From Cyanidioschyzon merolae (lineage: Eukaryota), in the NCBI GenBank assembly GCA_000091205.1, contig AP006491.2: 64,000 bases of DNA. One strand, written 5' to 3'. Shown here piece by piece: positions 39,617-50,794 of the stretch. The number at the start of each line of letters is the position of its first letter. Positions within the stretch are counted from its first letter, which is position 1. Both the position numbers and the translations under genes were made by a program. The notes under the pieces were generated by a model. That model searched no databases. It was not told the DNA's origin and saw nothing but the letters and a program-made list of their open reading frames with translations.

Positions 39617-40240
39617 TTACAATTCATTTCGTCGTTCGACGATGAAAACAACGCATTCCACCATATCCTGCACTATGTAGGAGACGAGGGCCCTCGTATC
39701 CAGGGGCTTTTGCGGACGCCCGTTACAGTTCTGCGAATCGATGATCCACCAATACGCTGAACTGTTGGTCTCTGTAGCACGACGAACCGCTGCCAGCCAG
39801 TGCCTCTGCGAGCGCCATAGCTGCCACCACCGTCGGTCCGATTCCACTTCATTGAGGAGCAAACCAACCACATTGGGGCCACTCAGGCGCCGCAACGCTA
39901 CATCGGTGTTTTTACAGTTGAGGGTATCGACGCAGAGACCCTGGCGCGCAACCGCAGCGCAAACAACTTCGGCACCATAGCACCCGAGCCCGAGACACGC
40001 CTTATGTCGTATACCCGGCACTATCGCCGAAACTCCTCTCGCGATCGCTTCGAAGTCTTCCACAGCATATACCGGCCTTTGAAGCAAGTTGTTTACGGCG
40101 TGTAGACCACACTGGTACCATCGCTGTTTCTCCAGAAACGCCGGCGGCTGCACCTGAACCTCCGACGCTGTCATCGCAGAGGATGACTGGTACGAATCTT
40201 TCACTCCATTCGAGGTCACACTTTTACGGCTGCTTTGCAT
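39617..40240 (-). CDS. Josephin-domain deubiquitinase (JOSD-like)
   Basis: 207 aa. The catalytic Q/C region WYQCGLHAVNNLLQ matches the Josephin consensus Q..LCAQHALNNLLQ. The size is typical of JOSD1/2. Confidence 0.6.
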   Translation of the reverse strand: MQSSRKSVTSNGVKDSYQSSSAMTASEVQVQPPAFLEKQRWYQCGLHAVNNLLQRPVYAVEDFEAIARGVSAIVPGIRHKACLGLGCYGAEVVCAAVARQGLCVDTLNCKNTDVALRRLSGPNVVGLLLNEVESDRRWWQLWRSQRHWLAAVRRATETNSSAYWWIIDSQNCNGRPQKPLDTRALVSYIVQDMVECVVFIVERRNEL

Positions 40241-42060
40241 TGCAAATATCGCCCTTCAAGAAAGCATCCAAGCAGTGCCCAAGCTCGAACGTACCTCGAG
40301 CGCAGGGGTCCCAGTCACTTGACTTACACCCTACGCGGTAAAAGCGGGCTTTTCCAAAGAAGCAGCCACTAGAGCACTGAGCACCGTCGTCAACACGAGC
40401 AGGCACCAGTTCGTTGCTTTCGACAAGCCAAGAGCCTTTAGCGCTTGATCTCACATACTCCCGCAGGCTGCTCACAAGCTGCTGTATAACACAGCGTGGA
40501 CAGCGACCTATCTATTTCAGTGCCGCTGCAGCCCTGGTAAGCATTGTTCTGCAAGATCGCATCACTGCAGCAGCGATCGCTTTTCGAGCACGCCATAGCG
40601 ATGGCCTCTGTCCATCGAAAACATTCGGGAACCGGCTGAACGTACGAGACGGCCATTACATCCTGGGCAAGCATTGCTGGTGGCCGGTGGAAAGCCTGGA
40701 AGGATGGTGCGGAACCATGGACGCTCTCACAGGTGTCGATATCAGTCGTTCCATTTGTGATCCCTGGTCGATGGATACGTTCTGGGGATCACAGAAACGG
40801 TGAGGGCCGTCATGCGATGCACCGTCTTAGGGCGGGTATTGCATCCACAAGCACAGTAAATGTAGGTGGAGCACCCGTGCCGCCACGTGTTTTTGTTCGG
40901 ATGGAGCGTGAGGAAAGCGTACTTGTGAAAGACGTCTTGTGATTAAACGGAAAGATCCAGCTGGCGATCTTTCTTCGATGTCGTGGCGCTGCAGCAAGCT
41001 TGCCCATTGAAATGCAAGCTCCAAAACATTTGCGAAAGAAGATGTGCTTGGCCGTCATGATGCAGCTGCCGACATGCTCCCGCCAGTTTTCGAGGTTGCT
41101 GGACGACGCGCGAGGACCCTCTATGATGCCTGCCGCACCCTTATCGCTTCTGCCCGGGGACCGCGTGACGCCGGACTCGCCTGCCCCATTACCAAATCGA
41201 ATCTCGAATGGAACTTTCATCAAACGAGTTTGCGTCACTCCGGTAGACTATGCGAAGCAATATCCGCGTGCTTGCTCGCTGCGTGCTCATTAGCCAGCAA
41301 CGTCGCACTGAACGGACGAACAGGTCGTGGACGATACCACCTGACATCTACATTCCATATGTAACACCACGCAGGTTGCATGTCGTTTCGGAGGACACAA
41401 TCGGAACTGCTTCGCGCCGTACGCCAAACGCAGCTGCGAGCACCAAGAGTGCAGTCGCGGCAGCACGACTTTATCAGTTGGGATGCTGGGATCCATTGTC
41501 CCCGGCAAGCGTGTGCGAACGGATTAGACGCTGACATGCGACGCGTTCGCCTTTGTGTCTCTCGCTCAAGCATTATGAGTGCGATGCAGTTTGAAGGGAT
41601 TTACGTTCAGTGAAGGAGATGAGTGCGGCAACACCGTTGCGGAAATGGACAGGCCCGCTGATGTACCTCTCGGCGAAAGCGACAGATTCCTGCTCCAACA
41701 GAGACATTTGCTTGCACCTGTTTCGCATAAGGTGCTCAAAGTGGTTACGCGTGTGCGCATGGTGCGTTTCTTATCTCGCAGCTTGCGCGTCAGGAACGCG
41801 TTGACGCAACAACAGTGCGTGATCGCACGTGAGAAGCAGAGGCTGGACGGCCTGGAGTCCAATGCGGCCGAAGCCGAACTTATTCCCTTCGGTGCTCGTC
41901 CGCGAGTAAGTAAGATATTAATTGGAAACGATTGATGGAAATAGACTCGAAAAAAAGACACAGAATGAGGACACATAGATAGTATCGGCTTCAATAACCA
42001 GTGAAAACGACTGAGATCCCCGTCCAGTAAGAGTCAGAAGTTGCAGATGCTGCTCATTCA

Positions 42061-43218
42061 TTATCTTGAATCATAGAGAATCTTGCATTGTAAATTAAAA
42101 CAGACGGCTGCCGAGGGTCTCAGCGGTCGAAACTGCCCACAGACCGCACAGTGGCCCCTTCTCAGGAGCATGCGATCCGCACACTCCTCGATGACGGACT
42201 CGGGGATCTCACCTGCTCGCCGGGAAACGGTGCAGGGACGTTCCTCACCAAGCCGGAAGCGGTTGCTTTCGGCAAGTTCTGGCGGTACGTTTGTTCGTTT
42301 GCGGCTGCTACGTCGCAGTGGTGCCCCAGGCGGTGTGCGTTCAGCCGCCGCCAGTGCCGCAACCGGTGTGCAAGGTCGCTCGACAGCATCCGCGTCGGAA
42401 GTTATGGCTGCCGACTGCGCGATTCTACTAGTCCTGTTTTCAGATTCTTTCATAGGATCCGTATTCTTCATATGAGTGTCTGATGCGTTTCCAGCAGTAT
42501 TCTTTCGGCGACGACTCCTGCTCTGTTCAGAGGCCGAGGTGCCCGATCCGGTGCACGACGAGGCGTCGGAGCAGGAGCGGCGATGCGTGCAGCTCCTCTT
42601 CGACCGATCTTGCTCGAGGTCCTCACAAATCGTCGGATTGTCTAGTTTTCGTGCACTGCAACTCCGGTACGGCCGACCAGATTCTGAGCAACCTGAACTT
42701 GGCGTAGCGCTCCTTCGATCCTCGGCAACTAGCCGTCGGGGGCTTTGGGAAATGGTTTCCGTATTCATCTCATCCGTTGCGACCCGTCCAATTCCAGCCA
42801 CGGGGTTAATATGCATATTCTCGGGCGGTTGATCGGATTCTCTTTCCTTTCTAGACCGGGTGCGAGTCGCTGGACCTAGCGCCTTGGCCGCTGGCTTGGG
42901 CTGGGCTTTCGTCGTTGGTGCCCGCCGCCCGCCCTTGGTTTTCAAACCCTCGCGCGGTAAGTGCGAGATCTGCCTCAGGTTTGAACAAGGCCTGGGTGTG
43001 TTCTGCACGTACAACGCCTCGTCTTCAATGGGCGCGGCAACAGTCTCTTTCGTAAGCGTCTCACCGTGGCACTCTCGAGAAAAGTCGTCACCCTGCGTAG
43101 GTGTCGACTCTCGCAAGCAGTGCCAGCCTCTGCCAGCAAAAAGCTTCCCACTTCTCCGTCTTCTAGAGGAGCTTGCGGCCGACATGTACGCCACAAGCTG
43201 GTTCACGGGAAAATGCAA
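42061..43218 (-). CDS. Hypothetical basic, Ser/Arg-rich protein with a C-terminal C2C2 Zn-ribbon-like motif
   Basis: 385-aa ORF. It ends ...RRGHCAVCGQFRPLRPSAAVCFNLQCKILYDSR. There is no recognisable family. Confidence 0.3.
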   Translation of the reverse strand: MHFPVNQLVAYMSAASSSRRRRSGKLFAGRGWHCLRESTPTQGDDFSRECHGETLTKETVAAPIEDEALYVQNTPRPCSNLRQISHLPREGLKTKGGRRAPTTKAQPKPAAKALGPATRTRSRKERESDQPPENMHINPVAGIGRVATDEMNTETISQSPRRLVAEDRRSATPSSGCSESGRPYRSCSARKLDNPTICEDLEQDRSKRSCTHRRSCSDASSCTGSGTSASEQSRSRRRKNTAGNASDTHMKNTDPMKESENRTSRIAQSAAITSDADAVERPCTPVAALAAAERTPPGAPLRRSSRKRTNVPPELAESNRFRLGEERPCTVSRRAGEIPESVIEECADRMLLRRGHCAVCGQFRPLRPSAAVCFNLQCKILYDSR

Positions 43219-44848
43219 AGAGCAGGGTGCGGAAACACAAACGCAGACCCAAGCAGTGAGACTCAGTTTGAAACCAACAACAACGTTTGTGTACTAAGCT
43301 CTCCAGAGCAGACTTGCCACTGGCTAGCTCCTTACGCTCTTGCGTTCCACTCAAAAACTGTCACAGGTTCCGTCAAGCTCGGTCGCGCGCGCTCCTGTCC
43401 TTAGTCTTGTAGAAGAAGAATCGTTACACACAACAAGAATGCTGGTGGCGGAATGTTCATCTCGACGCGTTTGGACGTAGGAATGAGATATTTTGATTCG
43501 CGGCCGCAAGGGAGGCGAGCGGCCGTGCTCAAGCCACAAAAAACTAGAATAATATGGACTTTTGGGACTGCGAAGCGCCACCCGACGGCGGCGGAAGACC
43601 CGCTGGGTATGTTTTATCCTGGACAATCTTCCCCTACATCTGGACATTCACCGGGTCGATTCGCGAGACGCAGGCCACGCCAGTGCCACGCGAGCGCCCA
43701 GACGCCTCGCAAGTGTTGGACACTGCGCCAGTCGGCCAGCAGTGCGGCCTGACACGACGATGCGCTGGCGCGAGTCGAAACGCCTGATCGGGCGGCCACG
43801 GTGCGTCCGTCCTTCGCTTGACCGGGATGTCTCCGGCAGAGACACGCTTGCCATCGTCGCTGTCCGAGTGGTAAGACAGACGACGCAGCTACGTGTCCGC
43901 TATGGCCCATGCCTCCACAGTCCATTTTTGCGTGCCTGCCCATGCATAGGTCAGAGGCCTCGCAGCGCACGGACGGAGCCGTCGGGTGCGTTGCAGCTTC
44001 GGGGACTCCTCGAGGTTCCGTCCGTGCGAGAGTCACGTGAGCCATGTTCTCTTTCTGATCGGTAAAGAGCATACAATAATTTACAGGAACGCTCTTCGGT
44101 GATGGAATCCAATGAACGGAAGCCGCCTGCGACGTAGAGATGAGCCTCCACAGTACGTACACGTGAACGCAGCTCTGCCCGGTAGAGCGTCCTGAAATGC
44201 CTCAGATAGATGTCCGATTCGTTTGCGTGAGAGAATCCCGGAAGCGTTGCCTCGCGCTCGACAGACACACATCATTAGTGATACAGCTATGCCGAGTGAG
44301 CACCGGAGCGCATCATTCGCTTCTGTAAAAGCGTATTTCAGCTGCAATGTGCGTATGTATGCAGTGCCGGTGGCGGCCTGGTGCGTTCCCGTTTTACAAC
44401 AGCGCACTGGGCACAAGCGTCGCCATGAAATGAAAATTGATGCTGCAAGAGAACACTCAGGTGCAAATCGTGCAGTAGAGCACAGCGCATCTCCCGCACA
44501 TCGTAAAAGATCGAGGTCGCTAGCACCCTTTTGATTCATGTTTACGAGTCGAGAACATTTCTTTTTCTCGACGTGAGCGCAGACAAAGAGCCTCATGCAG
44601 TCCTAAACATGATACTCGACAAGAGTATCGCATCCAGGCAGTGCATGGATTTACGTAGCACAGCGTCGGCGATATTGCACATCAGAGTGGAATTTCCTTC
44701 GAGAGGACGATCTCATCCCGGGGTATGGCGGCATCATAGGTGCCGTTCCTATCTCTTGCAGTTTCACTGCGACCGCGAACTCGCTTAGCCAGACTGTGCG
44801 AGCCGTCTGCATCACAACTAGGCGACGTGAGAAATTTAGCCCACGGAG

Positions 44849-46498
44849 ATGGGCATACTCCCGTTTTGCAACGCAACAGCTGCCGAAAGATTCTGTCAGT
44901 CGCCGAAGCGGACGCAGACCAAGCGAAGAACCCGCTACCAAGGCTCCCGCGAGCGCCGTCGGCGTGGTTACGTGTTCGCAAGCGGCAGTGTCTGCAGTCG
45001 CCGACGCTTTCTCAGTTACGTTTTCTCTTCTGCCGGTGTGCTACTAGGTCAGAAAGCTGCGAATGCTGGTGCAACAACGACTACGAAGGTGCCCAGTCTG
45101 AAGGATTTTCTGACCGAGCAAATGCGCGGTTTGCACCAGTTTCAGTTGCCAAATGGAGCGCGGTTCGTGGTGCTGGAGCGCTCCAACACACCGACTGTGA
45201 GCTTCATCAGCTTCGTGGACGCCGGAGCTGTAGACGAAACCGACGGTAAAACCGGGATGGCGCACTTTCTGGAACATCTCGCGTTCAAGGGCTCTCGTCA
45301 GATAGGCACGAATAATTGGGCGGCAGAGTCCCGTCTGCTCTGCGACTTGGATCGACTGTATGATAAATGGCATGCCGATCCTGAAGCAGTTCATGAGCAG
45401 ATCATGACACTTTCACGAGAGGCGGAAGCATTCGTGGATGAAAATGCTTTCGGTCGACTCGTACAGCGGAATGGCGGAATCGGCCTAAATGCAGCAACAG
45501 AAGCAGACACAACCCAATACTTTTACAACCTTCCTGCGAATAGAACGGAGTTGTGGTTTGCTCTAGAGTCTGAAAGATTCAGAGATCCAGTCTTTCGAGA
45601 ATTTGAGCGAGAACGTCGCGTTATCCTCGAAGAACGCCTCCTTCGAGTAGATAACGATGACGTGGGCAAGTTCCTCGAGGAGTTTCTCGAGGTCGCCTTT
45701 GAAAAGCATCCCTACAGACGCCCCGTGATCGGATACAAAGAGGATATACAACGGCTGGTTCCAGCTGATGTGCGTTCGTTCTTTCGCGAGTTCTATGTCC
45801 CTACTCGGCTTACATTTGTCATCGTCGGTGATGTGAAGCACCAGGTGATTCACGACCTGGCTGTTCGATATTTTGCAGATCTTCCTGGGACGGGCGCTTC
45901 TCGACGGCAGATACCCAGATATCCGCGGGAATATTCACCCCAGTCACCAAAGCACTTCCAGATAGACCTCGCCTCGAATCCCATGTGTCTGGTCGCTTAT
46001 CACGTCCCACCATTTCAGGACCCGGATACAGCGGCACTACGCGTGCTTTCAGATATGTTGGATGGCGGACGCCTCAGCCGCCTCTACAAGTTGTTCATCG
46101 AAACAGGCAAGGCATCTTCTGCAAACTTCAGTCTCGGGTTTCCCGGTGACAAGTACGTGAACCTGGGAATTTTTTCCGCATTGCCCATACCGGGACAGGA
46201 TATGCAACGGATCGTTGATGAATGGCACACGGCCGCAGCGCACCTGCAGAATCCAGCGAACATCACAGACAAGGAACTAGAGCGAGTTCGAAAGCGAGTC
46301 CGCGTCTCCCTGCTGAACGCCATTATGAACAACAACGAGATGGCTGGACTTTTGGGCAAATTTGCATTGATGAAAGGCGATGCTCGCGAACTATTTCGTT
46401 TTCTCGATCGGCTTGAGGCCGTAAGGCGCGAGGACGTTTCCAGAGTGGCAGCTTTGTATTTGAAACCAGAACACAGCATTACGGGTTTCATGGTTTGA
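44849..46498 (+). CDS. M16 family zinc metallopeptidase (pitrilysin/processing-peptidase-like)
   Basis: The inverted zinc-binding motif GMAHFLEHLAFKGS (HxxEH) is followed by an E about 75 aa downstream (RVILEER). An M16 C-terminal inactive half-domain is present. The N-terminal Arg-rich about 90 aa is probably a presequence or spurious extension. Confidence 0.8.
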   Translation: MGILPFCNATAAERFCQSPKRTQTKRRTRYQGSRERRRRGYVFASGSVCSRRRFLSYVFSSAGVLLGQKAANAGATTTTKVPSLKDFLTEQMRGLHQFQLPNGARFVVLERSNTPTVSFISFVDAGAVDETDGKTGMAHFLEHLAFKGSRQIGTNNWAAESRLLCDLDRLYDKWHADPEAVHEQIMTLSREAEAFVDENAFGRLVQRNGGIGLNAATEADTTQYFYNLPANRTELWFALESERFRDPVFREFERERRVILEERLLRVDNDDVGKFLEEFLEVAFEKHPYRRPVIGYKEDIQRLVPADVRSFFREFYVPTRLTFVIVGDVKHQVIHDLAVRYFADLPGTGASRRQIPRYPREYSPQSPKHFQIDLASNPMCLVAYHVPPFQDPDTAALRVLSDMLDGGRLSRLYKLFIETGKASSANFSLGFPGDKYVNLGIFSALPIPGQDMQRIVDEWHTAAAHLQNPANITDKELERVRKRVRVSLLNAIMNNNEMAGLLGKFALMKGDARELFRFLDRLEAVRREDVSRVAALYLKPEHSITGFMV

Positions 46499-47249
46499 GT
46501 GCTTTGCAAGTCAGGGTCCCGCGTCGAGGTCCACGGTGTGTTTGACGCAGCTCCTGAACGAAGATTTGTATGCGCGTGCCTGATGAACTGCACCGATGAT
46601 AGGGTAAAATGGAATTGGTTTACATAGCTAACTCGGGAGTACACACTACAGTTTGGGTCTCTTCCCATTGCTATCATCAATACCAGTTTTTCGGGCTATT
46701 TCCGCGACTGATTGCTTCTCCTCTCGAAATCTAAGGTTTTCAGTATGCTTTTCTGCCCTGTCCCTTCGGCTCCGTCGTCGGCAGTCGAACGATATGGATG
46801 GATGCGTGAAAGCACCGATTGGGCGCTTCGCAGCTGTTGTCAGTGAAGTCGTGGTCAGATTGTAGTTGCGATCTATGCTCAACATGCGATTTCCATCATC
46901 TTACCACATAGCATCGGTGCGCGTCTCGCAGATGTGGTCCTTCACTGCGCTCAGGCGCTCGCATATGTCCAGGACACCTCCCGCTCGGTACGCTTCTCTG
47001 TTGAGCGTGAACGTTTTCATCAGCGCACTGTACATGTCCGTGACCGGTACAGAAGGCTCTGCTGGATGCGCTCATATATTCCCGCGCCAGGTGTCTCGCC
47101 GCACGATCACAGTCTCCTTCAGGGCTATCTCGTCCGCGAGGACTATGTGTTGTGCAGGCGCAAGCGCACACTGTTCCATTCGATGGCGGCTTTCTGGAAC
47201 GCGGTGATGTCGGCCTTGATATGAGAACCAGAATGAAAATCCAGTGTCG

Positions 47250-47392
47250 AGTAAAGGCTGAGAAATTCGGACAAGTGAACGGCCTCTTTGTGCGAAATGG
47301 TGACACACCCTCCATCGGAGGCGATCGATGCGAGGACTGAATTCCGAGTCCAAGGACCCCCTTCCTTACAAACTGAAGAGACGGGAGCGCCC
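47250..47392 (-). repeat. Fragment (~130 bp) of dispersed repeat family 1
   Basis: gacaagtgaacggcctctttgtgcgaaatggtgacacaccctccatcggaggcgatcgatgcgaggactgaattccgagtccaaggacccccttccttacaaactgaagagacgggagcgccc is nearly identical to 60630-60760 of copy C, and is inverted relative to copies A and B. Confidence 0.8.
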
Positions 47393-48608
47393 TCTTGAAT
47401 ATTCTATAACAGGTATCCTGCTGTGGTCGCATGCTGTTTCTTCGAAAGCCGTAAAGAGAGGATAATTTTTCTTGCGAACGGGATTGATTATTACGTAGCC
47501 GAATAAGTTCAATGAGTATTCGGCATGCGCTTCTATACTATCTGTCACGGGACGAGGTCGGGGTTTATCTCCGTCACTCCAGCGTTGCGAGTTGCTGAAC
47601 ACACGAGTTGCCCTCGTATAGAAAGAACGAAGACTCGGAGAAAGTGTGATTTAAAAATTCTGCACGGAAGCAAAGGGGAAGAGTGGAGGCCTCTTCAAGT
47701 TAGATTGGATAATGATTTTTGTTTATCACAAACTCTTATCTAAGGGCGTCGCGAATCATCTTGAAGCAGCTGAAGCTACGTATTTCATCAGCAAAGCGTC
47801 GAAGGAGCGATTCCCGAAAAAACGACAGCAAAATCCTGAAACCATGTAGAAACCTGTAAGTCATTATGCTTGGACGTCGGATTTCGAGATTTACGTCTAA
47901 AACAGTTCGGAAAAAACTAAATTCCAGAAATATCGCGACCAGTTCAGTTTTCCATTTTCTTCTGTTTCAGCTGCAGGGCGTACTACCTTGGAGTCTGGCG
48001 ATGATGGTCGCTGTACCATGCAAACAACGCACTCCCGTATGGGATTACCTGTACGGATATCCCGTGCGCTCGACACCATACAATTGCGTGAAAGCGGCAC
48101 GTTGACCGTATACCATTTTCGTGTGTATCCTGCGGCGGCCCGCCTATCTTATGGTGTACGGGTAATGGACCTATCCAGAAAGCCACAGATGCGCCAAAGT
48201 TGCCCCTGTAACTGCCGAACTGTTTTCTGGTGTGCGGTCGATAAGCTGCTCTCGGATCCCCGGATGGATACAAGCTGCAGTTTTTCAGGTTAAAAGCGAC
48301 GACTTGCTTGAAAGAGGCATGTTTGCTTGGCTCAGTGGCTGTTCTGCAAAAGTGCCGGAAACACTGCTCCGAAGACACGCTGCACGCGTTGAACCTACCA
48401 AAGGGCGGCACAAACTCACCTGCGCTCGTGACCCTGACACAAAGCCCGTCTTTTTAGTTGCTTGCAGGTTTTGACAAGCATGCTAGTGTCGCTCTGTATC
48501 ACGTGTTGGTGGCCGCAAGGATCGTATCCCTCTCAAAGTAAAATCCATAGCCAAAGGTTAAAATCAGGAGAAACACGGGACGTTTATTCGTTCACGCTCG
48601 TCCATAGC

Positions 48609-48790
48609 GTGCTGCAGTGTTGCACCCAGAGACGCTTCCGCGACAACACCTCTTATCGTGAAACGGTATTCACACGTGCTGCAGTGTTGCACCCAGAGCT
48701 GCTTCCGCAAAAACACCTCGTATCGTGAAACGGCACTCACACGTGCTGCACTGTTGCACCCAGAGACGTTTCCGCAAAAGTACTGTCCGC
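48609..48790. repeat. Tandem repeat, 67-bp unit x ~2.7, about 160 bp upstream of the DCAF13/Sof1 start
   Basis: gtgctgcagtgttgcacccagagacgcttccgc(g/a)a(c/a)aacacctc(t/g)tatcgtgaaacgg(t/c)a(t/c)tcacac starts at 48609, 48676 and 48743. Confidence 0.85.
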
Positions 48791-48946
48791 TATCCGTCAG
48801 AGCGCAGGCGGCCGCACGAACGGCACGCCACCGAGTACAATGCAGGTCTCAACTGCAGCGAGTTTGGCCTGAGGAGTCAACGCAAGCGTTGAGTCTTCGT
48901 TTCACAACCTCGACGGGGCCCTCGTTTCCGAAAGTCCTCCACTGCT

Positions 48947-50275
48947 ATGCGTGTTTACTGTCTGACACGTTCCGAGCGTGAACTCAAAGAGACGGCGGTG
49001 GCTCGCACGATCCGGAACTTGGATCCTCAACTGCATCCCTTTGAGCGCGCAAGGGAGTACAAGCGAGCACTCAACTCAGCGAAGATTGAGCGTGCACTGG
49101 CGAGGCCGTTGGTTGCCGCTTACGAAGGCCATGCCGACGGTATTTATGCTATGAGTGTGCACCCCATCCGAATGGCCGAGGTCGCAACTGCGAGCGGCGA
49201 CGGTGAGGTACGTATATGGCGCTTATCGCAACGCAGCGCAGGTTCGGGAGAGAGTCTCGTGCAGAGCCGCCTCGGACACGCTGCCCCTGTATGTGGTCTT
49301 ACAGCAACGTGTGACGGACGTTTCCTGCTCTCAGCGAGCCAGGGAGACGCGGTGCAGTCCGTTGTCCAGCTGTGGCGCTGGCCTGTTGCAGACGGAGCGA
49401 GTACCTGGACTCCGCTATGTTCCTATAGACGCCTCCGGGGGGGTTTCGGCGACGTCAGCGCCTCGCCCAGTCAAGGCGCAGTTTTTACGACAGGTTCTGA
49501 GGACGGTTTGATTGAAGTTTGGGACTTCCATCGCTCAGAGCCTCTGACACGGTTTGTAAGTCATGCGGAACTCCCTGTCGCTGTGCGACGACTGCATTAC
49601 CATCCCTCAGAGCCGGCTTTGTTGGGTGCATGCCTTGCGAGTCGCGAGCTAGCAGTCTATGATACTCGTGAGAAAACCATGCTGACGCGCTACCGGCTGC
49701 CGATGCAGTGCAACGATTTATCTTGGAATCCGATGCGGCCTTTCCAGCTTGCCGTAGCCTGCGACAATCACGATGCGTACCTCTTCGATATTCGACGCAT
49801 GGATCGGCCGCAGCAGCTATATCATGGACACGTTGGTCCAGTGCTCAGCATCTGCTTCGCGCCAACTGGGCATGAATTGTGCACCGGCAGCTATGATAAT
49901 ACAGTGCGAATCTTTGACTGTAGAGAGAGCAAATCCCGCGATGTATACTTTACCAAACGAATGCAGCATGTGTTCCGAGTGCGATATACCAGCGACGCGC
50001 GCTTCATTCTCAGTGCTAGTGACGATGGCGATCTCCGAGTTTGGAAGACGAACGCCGCCGAACCGTTGCGGCAACTGCTGGTGCGCGAGAAACGGAGCTT
50101 GCAGTATGCGCAGAAACTGCGCGAACGCCACCGGTACCTGCCTCCAGTCCGTCGCATTTTGCACAGCCGATTCCTCCCTCGATACCTCCATAACGCAACG
50201 TTGCAGAAAAGAGAAGAGTTGAAAAGTCGTCAACGAAAAGAAACTCGGCGTCGATTGCACACTCGCCGCCGATAG
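48947..50275 (+). CDS. DCAF13 / Sof1 WD40-repeat protein (U3 snoRNP / CRL4 adaptor)
   Basis: 442 aa. The N-terminus RNLDPQLHPFERAREYKRALNSAKIERALARPLVAAYEGHADGIYAMSVHP...GDGEVRIWRLSQRS aligns with human DCAF13 (RNYDPALHPFEVPREYIRALNATKLERVFAKPFLASLDGHRDGVNCLAKHP...CDGEVRIWNLTQRN). Seven WD repeats and a C-terminal Sof1 domain (YLPPVRRILHSRFLPRYLHNA) are present. Confidence 0.9.
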   Translation: MRVYCLTRSERELKETAVARTIRNLDPQLHPFERAREYKRALNSAKIERALARPLVAAYEGHADGIYAMSVHPIRMAEVATASGDGEVRIWRLSQRSAGSGESLVQSRLGHAAPVCGLTATCDGRFLLSASQGDAVQSVVQLWRWPVADGASTWTPLCSYRRLRGGFGDVSASPSQGAVFTTGSEDGLIEVWDFHRSEPLTRFVSHAELPVAVRRLHYHPSEPALLGACLASRELAVYDTREKTMLTRYRLPMQCNDLSWNPMRPFQLAVACDNHDAYLFDIRRMDRPQQLYHGHVGPVLSICFAPTGHELCTGSYDNTVRIFDCRESKSRDVYFTKRMQHVFRVRYTSDARFILSASDDGDLRVWKTNAAEPLRQLLVREKRSLQYAQKLRERHRYLPPVRRILHSRFLPRYLHNATLQKREELKSRQRKETRRRLHTRRR

Positions 50276-50794
50276 CCCGGGTTTTTCTGGATCGTGCCTC
50301 GATAAGAGTACTCATACTATGCAGCTCGCGCTATCCGTGGAGGGCGCGGTAGCGATCTCTGGCTCGAGGCATCGACATAGCAGTCGATTCGTCACAGTTT
50401 CCCTACGAACGCTAACGATCGAAAGCGAAACCCACCCGACCCTGGGGATAGCGAGTGTTCCAGGAGGTCTACGGAAAGTCTTGATGGTCATCCGGCACAC
50501 TGTGTGCGAAAATGACGCGACTCTAATAGGATCTGTAGTTCAAAAGTGTGCTGCAAGGTCACGGATGAGCATGGATTTGTGCACAAGGGCAGCGCACACG
50601 TGCATCGGGTGTCAACCACGTATGCACAGTGGAGGTGGATGGCTGCTATTTTCGATGATTTAGGGTCGATGCACGGAGCCAGATCATTCTGGGTACGTTG
50701 ACGCTGTCGTTATCGGAAGCGTAAACCTCGACTGCCCGGTAGGTCCCTTCCCGTACCTCCATTCCCTGCTCAGTGTTGATCGACGCTCGCGTCA

